NCBI RefSeq assembly: GCF_026571515.1
Contig: NW_026857847.1
Coordinates: 1 to 64,000, forward strand
Source of the DNA: Ruditapes philippinarum
Taxonomy: Eukaryota
Length of the DNA: 64,000 bases
Direction: 5' to 3'
Shown: piece after piece, positions 49,501 through 61,500 of the stretch
Layout of the letters: each line of letters starts with the position of its first letter
How positions within the stretch are numbered: position 1 is the stretch's first letter
Program-made: the position numbers and the translations under genes
The notes under the pieces: generated by a model
What the model was told of the DNA's origin: nothing
The model's input: only the letters and a program-made list of their open reading frames with translations
Databases searched by the model: none

Positions 49501-52500
49501 TTTCCCTCACCCATCAACAATCAGACTGAAATAAACCAATATGGACAATCTTGATTAAGGTGCAAGATACTCCAGAATTAACCTGATCCCTTTGAAAATA
49601 TCACTATCACACAGTGCAAACAATGGCAATTTTAAAAATGCACAATTAAATGTCGGTCATATGTTTAGATTTTTCACAAAATTTTATTCGCGCCAATTGT
49701 CAACGATTTATTTTCAACTTTCTAACAACCATTCGGAGAGTCAAAAATACATACAAAGCTACCATATATTTAGTTTCGGGTAAATATCCAAAATATCTGA
49801 TCATTTCCTACACACACACAAGAAAAAGAATTGCAATGACAGAGAAATATCAAAACTTTTCAGTGTCTTTACAATACAATGTCTATGTAAATAAAATTTG
49901 AATATGATGGCCACGATTTAATAAATGAAACATACTATTTGATTATACAGGTTTTAAACGTAAATAAGCGGAAGGCATGTTAGTTAAAAAAGGAGTTTAA
50001 ATGTGGGTTGCTTTTTTCAATACTTCACATACGGGTGGTGGATGTTGATGGGGTGGATGATGTTTGTGATGTGGTCTTTCATGGCCGCCGCTAAATTCAT
50101 TAAAAAGTGCCCCGGCAAATTGACCCAGCGCAGCCCCAATACCACCACCATGACCGCCATGCCGCCCCTGAAACACCAGTTCCGAACATGTTCTTTTCAT
50201 AAAACATTCATCATAAAATCGTAAAATTTCGGTAAACTTCGTCACTTTACGTAAAGATAAAAAATATATAAAGCGTTCGTTATACTTCTTGAAGCAAACT
50301 AATCGTGTCATGAACAAATATCAGATACGGAAAATGACGATGTTTGCCGAACTTGCACGACATACTGATGAGTGTATCTTAGTTGCAAAAAATGATTTTT
50401 ACATTAATAACACATGAAGCAAATAAAACAACACTGAAAATCAAAGTGTAATCGACGATTTAAGTTTAAAACAAACGAATTGAAACAATTCAAAATTTAT
50501 AGTGTTGCACGTTCTGAAATAAACAAAGTTGTTAATGGAAAGAAAAATACTGTAGCAAATTATTCACAAATGACCTATTCCATAATTTTAAAATATCAAC
50601 GAATCATTAAATTATAACACGCATAGGCTTGCAGTTAAAAATAAGTTTGGAACTGGATGGATTTCAAATTGCATTCAATCAAGCTTTCTTATTTTCATTT
50701 TTCTTTGCAAACTTTACTTTTCAAAAACGAGTAGAAATGTATTAAACAGATTCGTTATCACGATTTCTTCAGCATAATTTTGTTATACTTGATGCATGAA
50801 GAAAAAAAAACACACTTTCATAAGGACTATGTCAAATTAAAGTATGTATATAGTAGTGTCATGCAGTGTAACAAGCAACAAACACTTGGGTGTTACATGT
50901 GTTAGAACCTCTCCCGGTTCCTTGGGATTCAGACCTTATCCCCCGGTTTGAACCGCCCCACTACACGGTCTGAAATCTTTACTTTTTTAGACTTGATGGT
51001 ACATGGGATTCTTTACTCTTGAAGTAATGGTTTAAAACAATTTTTAATTTTAAGGCAGATGCTTCATTTGTTTGAAAACGTTAAAAAAAATGACCGTTTA
51101 CAGGGGCAGTTAAAGCCGGGGGATACTTCTGACCTCCATATGTCTGTGTGAAAATAAATTAGTCATAAGCACACATAAAGTTACTAACAAAAACAGTTAA
51201 AATCATGATAACATTGACAAAGCCCCATTTTCAAGCCGACCGTTTGGCCAATATTATAATAAAACTGTAACCAGAAAATATTAACTGTTGAATAATACTT
51301 TACACGGCATTTATTCCTTTTTCCATTTTTGCCGCTATAATTTTTCTGAAACTAAGGTAAACAAAATATAAACAGAATATATAAATAAGACCCAAATGAA
51401 AAATGATATTTACGTGGTTTTCAAACTTTCTGAAAGTTTAGAATGAAAGTGTTAGACATTCGGTCTGACATGTCATGTAATTTTGTTGACAAAAAAATAA
51501 ACGTTAACCAGAAAAAATAACTGTTGAACGATACTTTACAAAGCATGTACATGTTTCATGTTTCCTTTTTCTAATTTTGGCATTATAACTTTTCTGAAAG
51601 TTAGTAAAACAAAAACACTAATCTTACACGAGTGAACATAATCAGACTTAAATACAAATGGTATACTGAAATTTTCGTGGTTTGTCATAAGACGATTTAA
51701 TAAAAGAACACGTATGTAAAAAGGCTTATTCTTTCATGTAGTTTCATGAATGACTGTATTATTTCAAATTACCTAGATGATAGTGCTGCTGTTTAATAAT
51801 TATTTCATTTTTGTTGTCTGGTGACTTTGATCAAGCAAGTGTTCAATTTATTAAGTTAACACAGAATATATCTTGGAAAAAGGATATTAAACGAGTGTGG
51901 GTTCAATACTACATTTATTAAACAAGTTGAATAAAATCAAATTATGCGAAATTCTCGCGAGCATTACACTTGTACTAGTATTGTTAAATTCAACGAATTC
52001 AATAAATTTAGTATTGCATTACTCAAATATAATAATTATCACATACCCAAAGTAAGAACTTTTTACAGTGGAAAAGAATCACTTTTTCATTTACGCGCAC
52101 ATAGTGTAACGCAAACGCTTAGACCGTCTTTGCACAGTGTTTTGACAACTCAAAAGCAAAAGCGACACGGGTGTGTGATATGATATATAAGCTTTTACCT
52201 GTACACTTAAAAGTTTTCACTAAGTTAAACCCGGAAACCAAATAAATAATTCTATATTAATTCAAGAATTAGAAAAAGAAGACAGAAAGAAAGAAAGAAA
52301 GATCAAGATGATCATGATAATATCAAATGCTGACCTCTTTTATATTTACTTGAAAAAGAAATTTATTACACTTACTTCAAAACGAATGTTGTTCACTCGG
52401 ATGCCTTGCTCCACAGTGATGTGGGTCACACGATGTTTCTGCAGCCTGTGATTGAAGTCACAGAAATGTGCTCCGTTCACCGACACCTGAAATAATAGAA

Positions 52501-55500
52501 TATTGCATCATGTCTAAAAACCAAAATATGGTTCGAAATTTATTGAGTACAAAATGCGCTGAAGCATAGGCCGATCTGTGCAAGGTGCAAACTTAGTAAA
52601 AACTATAAAGCTTCATGTGTACGTCCAATGAAATATTGACAAAATTACCAAACTGGAATTCATGCGTCATGATTCACTGCATTAAGATAGAAAGGTGGCT
52701 GACCCAAGGAAATCAAACGAGGATTTTCCTCTTCCGCGTAACACCCCAGTTTAGAGAAATTAGTCTTAAAACTTTTGCCAAATCTGAGCTAAACCTATGT
52801 TAAAAATACAGTGTTTCTTTGGGGTCATCGTATCTTCGCAAAGGCGACCGTAAACAAACGTAGAAGGCCGAGGCAACGAAACGATATTTTATGTTTACAT
52901 TTGATCCTGCAAAGTGAGTTACTTGACGTTTTATTACAAAGTAGACGATTTCTCGACGAAAATTCAAAATTTTATTACTTACGGAATAGTGGTGAGGTTT
53001 AACGTGGATCACGACGTCACAATGGTGTCCTTTACGGAATGGAAACCCTCCGTGCCTTTCCTCCGCTCCCCAAGAATTGTTTTGACAGCTGTTTCTTACA
53101 ACCTGAAATACAGTTTAATAGTATAATATAGTATAATATTAAAAATAATGAACAATAATTATATGCATAAAAAACACATTAACACGTATGCCTCATAAAA
53201 AAACTTTCAGACAATTTGAAAAAAATGATTGTGAAGAGGACGTCAACATATGAAACTTTTTTATTCAAGGTATTTTTGCGATATGAAGCTTTTTTAATAC
53301 ACGTAGAAAAATAATCGGCAAAAAGTGAATTACAAACAGAGTACGGCAGTCTTTTATTTCAAGCATTATTTGCATTCACAATGTAAATTGTGAAATATTT
53401 GTAACTTTTAGTTATTAAAATTGACAATCTTTTGAAATATATAGTTAATTCAATGCAACGCTGGAAATGAAAAGAGTATCAGTTGAAAATAAAGTTGAAG
53501 AAAATAGATGTTTTACTTAAAATGATGTTACTTCTTACACTTATTTATTCATTGAAATGTCACTACGCAAATACACTGATATGATGCTGGCCCCAGACAC
53601 CGCCCGGGACTACTCTTTTAAACCTGAACCCTAAATTTTAAAGATAAACTATGCTCATCCTTAAGTAAAATATCTTAATCGCAGAAATTTATTGAAATCT
53701 ATGAAATTCTTACAGAATATGTCTAATTTGAATTTGAGAATGAATAAACTATTTATTAAAAACTGCGTTCCCTATTACAGGTCCAGTAAAGTTGGTCTTT
53801 TCTTTAAAACAAGAGGGCCATGATGGCCCTGAGGTCGCTCACCTGTATATAGGCCCCCCCACCCCCAGGACAATTTTTACCCAAGGGCTTTTATTTGTTT
53901 ATTTGAACAGACTTGGTAGACACCCATAAGAAGATGTTTCATGCTAAACATCTAAGTTCTAGCTCATTGGGTTTTTTAAAAGAAGATTTTTAAAGTTTTT
54001 ACTATACACATATAGTTAAAAACAATGACAGCCCTGGGGCAGGGCCAGTTTTGACCCCCGGGCTTTTATTTGAACAAACTTTGTAGATATTTACTTAAAG
54101 ATGTTTCATGCTTAATATCTAAACTCTAGCTATTTGGGTTTTTTCAAAGAAGATTTTTAAGTTTCTGCTATACACATATAGGGGAAATCAATGACCCCCC
54201 CCCCCCGGGCGGGGCCAGTTTTGACCCCAGGGCTTTTATTTGAACATACTTGATAGACACCCATTAGAACATGTTTCATGCTAAATATCTTAGCTCTAGC
54301 TCTTTGAGTTCTTTAAAAGAAGATTTTTTAAGTTTTTACTATATGCATATAGGGAAAATCAATGACCCCCTGGGGCGGGGCCAATTTTGACCCCAGGGCT
54401 TTTATTTGAACAAACTTGGTAGACACTCATTAGAAGATGTTTCATGCTAAATATTTTAGCTCTAGCTCTTTGGGTTCTTTAAAAGAAGATTTTTTAAGTT
54501 TTTACTATATGCATATAGGGAAAATCAATGACCCCCCGGGGTGGGGCCAAATTTGACCACAGGGCTTTAATTTGAACAAACTTAGTAGACACTCACTAGA
54601 AGATGTTTTATGCTTAATATCTTAGCTCTAGCTCTTTGGGTTCTTTAAAAGAAGATTTTTTAAGTTTTTACTATATGCATATAGGGAAAATAAATGACCC
54701 CCTGGGGCGGGGCCAATTTTGACCCCAGGGCTTTTATTTGAACAGACTTGGTAGACATTCACTAGAAGATGTTTCATGCTAAATATCTAAGCTCTAGCTC
54801 TTTGGGTTCTTTAAAAGAAGATTTTTTAAGTTTTTGCTATATGCATATAGGGAAAATCAATGTCCCCCCGGGACGGGGCCAATTTTGACCCAAGGGCTTT
54901 TATTTGAACAAACTTAGTAGACACTCACTAGAAGATGTTTCATGCCAAATATCTTAGCTCTAGCTCTTTTGGGTTCTTTAAAAGAAGAATTTTTAAGTTT
55001 TTACTATATGCATATATGGAAAATCAATGACCCCCTGGGGCGGGGCCAATTTTGACCCCAGGGCTTTTATTTGAACAAACTTGGTAGACACTCACTAGAA
55101 GATGTTTCATGCCAAATATCTTAGCTCTAGCTCTTAGGGTTGTTTAAAAGAAGATATTTAAAGATTTTTCTTTCTGTTGCCATGGCAACCAGAGTTCTGC
55201 ATGGAATTAAATTCTTTGAACAATTTTTAAAGGTGACCACCAAAGGAACATTCCTGTGAAGTTTGGATGAAATTGGCTCTGGTTTATGAGGAGATGTCAT
55301 TTAAAGCAAAAGTTTACGGACGGACGACGGACGGACGGACGGACGCCGGACGAAAAGCGATCACAAAAGCTCATCCTGTCACTTTGTGACAGGTGAGCTA
55401 AAAAAATGCTCGTTTTTTTAATGACACTATATATTCATATTGTGACCACCTATAGCTACGTAACTTCTACTTTGTGTTGAGTCAAAACATGTTTATTTTA

Positions 55501-58500
55501 CATTTATAAAGAGCCTGTGTAGTAATTATCAATATTTACTACTATCACGTTTGAGCATAGTTTATTTTTAATAATATTGTTTGGCCGGCTTTGAATCGAA
55601 CTTTGAACTATTAACTACAAGGCGGACGCTCTTCAACAAAACCACAATTGCTATACGTTTTGCATAGGCTAGTTTCAATACTCTCAAAGAAATTTTTAAA
55701 AAAAAACACGAAATATACGTGCATGAATTGTTAGGGGAGGTAACTCGAGTACTGAAATGACAGTAACTCAGAACTTGCAACTATAATTATTATTGTCAAG
55801 GGAGGCAAATTAGGTATTCGAAAAAATAAACCGTAAGGGGAGGCAACTCGCGTTTTTTGCACTTAAAATTCAATAAAAACTCACTTGATTATCAGTAAAT
55901 CTTGGATTAAAGACAAAGGCACAATCACTTCTTGGATCAATGCTTCCTCCAGCTTGAAGAGATATTAAGAATCTGAAATATAATATACATGTATATAGAA
56001 TTTGACTGAAATATAATTTATATTTTTATAGAATCTAACATGATCTTTCGTTTGATGTAATTTTTCATAAAACGAATTTAAGAAAACTTGTTTCCTTGAC
56101 GAATTTCACAAAAGTTTATATCAAATTACGGCGGATGTCAGATACTATTTAATGCATGACTAAATTTAACAATAACAATTTGTTTACAACTTTATTTACA
56201 TAAACAAACAGTTAATGTTTATAACAAAAGTGGCCGTTATATTTTACGTGTATACATGTCCAGGAAGAAATTCGTAATGGTTTTGTTGCATAGAAAACGA
56301 TAGAAGGAAGTCATGTGACAAAGTATACAATTTTAACATAAATTCACGAACCAAACATTTTACATATCCATATATTATCAGTTGTTAAGAGAGTTTATGA
56401 TTCAAATCAACTTGAGTTTAACAGATTTGTACAATATCTTGCATAGTAAACTTGAGTCACGCGTTGAACAAGTACAATAGGTCTCGCGCATGACTTTAAA
56501 GCGTATATAACTAGTTCCGATAAATAGAAGTACTAATTTACCCATTATGGTGCTGTTCCGGTGTGCCGGACACGTGGATCTGCAAGCCATCGTGCAAACC
56601 TCCAGGGATCGGACCAACGTATGGAATACCCTGAAACAGCGAAAAATAAAATGAAGGACAGTTCTATAAACATTGTTTCCTCTTTTTCTCTGCGTTTTTA
56701 CTATTTTATCATACCTGTAATTTTTAATTACATATTTAATTATTTAATGACTTTGGTCAGACCAATGTATTTTATACATTTAACTATGAATAACTGGTCA
56801 TGAACTATGAATAACTGGTCCGCTCGGAATTTTTAAAGATGAGATGTTACAAAAATAATTGATTCGTGCAGAAAACTCTTTACTGTTTAAAAACCGGACT
56901 TTCATATTTATCATTGAAAGATCTGTGATCTATTTGTCTAAAAACAAGAACAAAATATTTAATGACTTATTGTTTCCTCTTTATAAAACCCGGGTTAAAG
57001 CGTTTTGTAATAAACACTTATTAGAGTCATTCCTTTTCCTTCATTACATTTTTGTTGATTAATAGTTTTTATTGATCATATATCATTTCATTTACATGTA
57101 CATGTATATAGAAAAATCACAATAGTGAACGTTTAAAGGGACTCGTAGCTGTTGGTGATATGGTGGGACTGAAAGTATTTCTTTAAAATTTGTATACCAT
57201 TTGACTAAAGTTTAAAGTATTAACATGTGTGCTGAATTTCCGGTCATTTACTCACTCCAATTCTCCCGAATAAGCATTGTTATTGTGCAAAATGGCCTAA
57301 AATGAAAACTCGAATCGGGCTGACAATCCCACAAAATATTCGTGGGGGGGGGGGGGGGTCAGTATATTTTATTACTTTATCACCTTTTACTCTTTTTTTT
57401 TCATTTCAAGTGCCTCGGTTTATCTTGATAAGATTTTCAAATGTTATGTTATATGCTTTTAGTACCTCAGTGGAGCCCCTTTAATGTAAAAAAACCACGG
57501 AAGCATCAAATTATTTATATTTTTCACGCAGATGTATTCTCATTTATAAATTATCGACAGAACTGTTACAATTATCAACATAAAATCAATAACTTATAGT
57601 TAAATTCAGTTTCTTACTTTTTTCCACTTTTTTTGTATCAAAATAACAGAAATTCATTACTTTTGACAAAGATCTTTTTGTTGAATCATTGCCAATGCTC
57701 ATTTATTAAGGGTGTTAATAGCTAGAGTTTTAAAAAAAAATCCTTTTAAAATATTCTGATACCGTTTAATCAATCAACAAGATTCAACCTGTATTAAAAT
57801 TTTGATAACGATAATTCAACACAAGTACGCATACACTGAAGATAAACGGTGATAATCAATTGTAGTGAGTCGACACAAAACGTACTTAGCCCCTTTATTA
57901 AATATATTCTACGTCAAAAAGTTGTAAAAATATTCGTTTCCAAACAGTAATAAAATAATGCATCACTCGGTTGCACCCGGAAAGTGGCAATAAGAGAAAT
58001 TTCCATGAATCATCACCGACCCGAGAATCAATGCTTCGCAAAATTTCCCGCACTGTGGTAAAGCGTTGTTGACTGAAGTGCGGAACATAAAATATCGGCT
58101 AGTATTTCTACTTTTAACCCCTCTACAAACTATCATCAAATTAAAAATATATATATTTACAAACGGAAGAATGAATTTCACATTCGATAGTCTACTTGTT
58201 CGTTTTCGAATTAATGTAGTCTTTTTATAAATATAAATCTATATCTAAAACAACATGTATATTTATGGTATTCGTTTAAAAAAAATAACCTGTTAAAAAC
58301 TTCAATTATATCTAGATCACCAAGTTTATGTCACCAGGTCTCTAGGTAACAAATGATAATTTGTTTCGGCCTTCATCGTTTACTCACCCCTCTAGCTAGG
58401 TGAGTTAAGGTTAACTTTATATAAGTACATGTACATGTATATAACCGACATTATCAAACAAGGTCTCCGAATATTCAGTTCATTGTTAAAGCAATGATAA

Positions 58501-61500
58501 TACTGAGTACTTGAAGTGAATACATCTTACTTTTATTGCGACCTTTGCAACTTTTTGTCATTGTCGAGTCACACGTTAAGTCATATGATGATCTGAGTCA
58601 AACCACCGACCGTCCGTAAGCTTTAACACGTGAAATAAATGAGAGTTCCTTTCAAGATTCGAACCAAAGCGGTCAGATGCAAATGATTAAAGACATTGCA
58701 CAAAAAACAAAGGTGATTAATCTTTATCATGCTACAAGTGCAGACCAGTACCGGCATATCCATGTCTGCACTGTACGCTATTTAGTCAGTAGTTATTTTG
58801 TAATTGAGTAATTTTGTAATTTAGAGTTTTGACCTCTATTCTACGCCATATATATATATATATTTTATAGTTTAACAACCGCTGTGAGACTTAACAATCA
58901 GCATCCGCATACTTTCCTCAAAAAAAAAAATAGGGTTTAGAATAACACTTTTCGTAGCACAAATTATAGTGCTTTTGGCTTCTCAGAAAATAAGTTTTGT
59001 TTAGAAATGTCGTTTAAACCTCGTTCGCAGAATCTTAATAGGAGACAAAAATGAAGTATACCTAATGTTAACAGCAATTTGACAAATGTTAAGATCTTCT
59101 TATTTTATTTGGCAGCTAATAAAAAATCAGATATGAGCTTCCAGTTGACCAAGTTAATGACTTCCTGCTTTTTTCGAAAATGAAAGTTCTTTTCCAACTT
59201 TCGATTTCGTAACAAAGCCATTAAGGACAGGTCAAGCATTTTCCCGATTTACGAAACCTACATGGGCGTAGTTAGCATTCGGTTATTACGATGTACTATC
59301 CTCATTGCAACCCTCAGCCTTATAATATATTTATTAATTTTAATTAATTTCATATTATCTTCAGATATACATACAAATTTCTCTTTACAAAAGCAAAAAA
59401 GAAAAATAGAAATCCATATGATTAAATTAAAGAAAGAGAAAAAAAAATAGGAAAACAGAGTTCATAAAAGACGTGTTCGCTCCTACAAAATAATAAAAGA
59501 TATATTCAGTAAGTTTTCATGAATTTTCAAAGTGATTTAACCTGTCATTTCAATGCTTCAAAAATCATATGCAAGAGATTCTTAAAGGTAAAGGCCGGGA
59601 GCTTGTTTTTTTATTTCAATGTATAATTACTTACAGTGTCCTCCAGGTAAGTTCTTTCTCAAATTTAAGAATTTCTATTGGTCACTGTACATGTTATGTT
59701 GGTTTTTGACCAAACAAATCCTTAAGATCTGAGACTGAGCAAGAAAATGTGTTTATAAATTCAGACCATGATCTCTTTTAGTAAAAATAAGACTATATAT
59801 GGAATGATAATTTTAGTAATAAGTATTTATCAACGACCATTTACTTCAGATAATACACTCCCAATTTATTCCCCTTAACATATAGCCACATAGTTTGAAA
59901 GCAAAACATTAACCACATAATTATAATGGATTATATGTCCGTATTTTAAACCGAGACAATGTATGGTGTTCCGTTTGGACAATCGTAATATTGCTACGGT
60001 GTTGGATACGCACTGCGATGTTAAAGAAAAAATATACAGTCGTACAGTACTGTAGAGAAACAAGTCCTATCAGAACACCATAGCAATGATATAGCATTCA
60101 GTTTAACCACACGTTGTCGTCTGATTCGAGGAAAAATCATTGTTATAAAATATTGCTGAGGAAAAAAAACTTAAGTATAATCTTATATGCAATATATTGA
60201 CTCGCTATTGTTCAGCTAGTATATATTAGCCACTAGCTGAAAAGCCCCACCTAAATTCACCTGGCAGCATCATTATGTAATAGATTATGAAACCGAAACC
60301 TGTTTTGTTTAATCTATCTATCCATATATGGTAAACATTACAATATAGGAAATTACAATATAGGAAGGGCACATGTTTCATTTGATAAAAATATAAAGTG
60401 CCTCTTTAATTATCCTTGAAATACAGACAAACTTAATATAATTTACATGTATATATGTATTTATAATACATACTACCACATCAAAACGAAACTACGTTAT
60501 TTTTTACTCATTATTTTACGGTAAATTTTAAACCGGAAAATAAATGCCCCCGTTTTATGGTATTTTAAACGGAAGTGCATTAGTTTCAGGTATGTTTTAT
60601 ACTTATCTCGAAATTTCAACTAACTAACTTGAAATTTCGACTTCTGTAACTCGAGATTTCGACTTACTAACCCAAAATTACGACATTTTAACTCGAAATG
60701 TCGACTTATAAACTCGACATTTTGACTAACTTAATCGATATTTCGACTGATTTAGTGAGACGAAATTTTGAGTTAATAAGTCGAAATTTCGAGTTACGCA
60801 AGTCACAAAACTCACACTTGGCAATATTGCTCTTCCGTAATTTTGTCCCCTGAAAAGATAACAGAGTACCTTTTTAGCAGGGTCGTCGCGCGAAGTAATC
60901 TTATGTCAGGAAAGGAATGAAAGTTTATCTAACGGGGACAGGGAAGTGGAATAACACGTAGCAAATCTTAAGATATGATTTTGATAAATTAAGTAAAATT
61001 ACGTGCATTCCGCCACATTTTCCTCAATTAAAGATGTGGCAGTATCAGGATTTGGCAACTCCACCCTTAGGCTCAGATACCAAATACAAAACCACGGATA
61101 AAAAATAATTTTAAAAAATCCACTATCAAATCTATACTTATAGATAAGGCCTCAGAAATGAAAAGATTTCTCTTTATGTAGAAAGTACAAACATTATAAT
61201 AATGGATTTAGGGCACGTGAAATGAATATCACTTGAAGAAAATAAATATACTTGCCGCTGAATGTGAAATAATTTATAACAAAGTAAGCAGAATGTAAAC
61301 AAAGATGCATTTTCGACTTGGATACAAAATACTTAATCACTTTAACTGTACTAATTGCGAAAACGAAATCTTAAAAGAAACAAAAAGTGATACAGTTAAA
61401 TGGCCAGCTACTGACTTTCTTGAAAACTGTACCAAAGATAAATAATTTTGGGAAAAAAATAGCATTTTAGGGTTGACCTGCGGAATTTATGTAAAAGATT

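Noticed and set aside
53580-53640. GC-richer patch as the missing CRD1 exon
   Set aside because: No galectin-like translation; the required exon is at 55885-55972.
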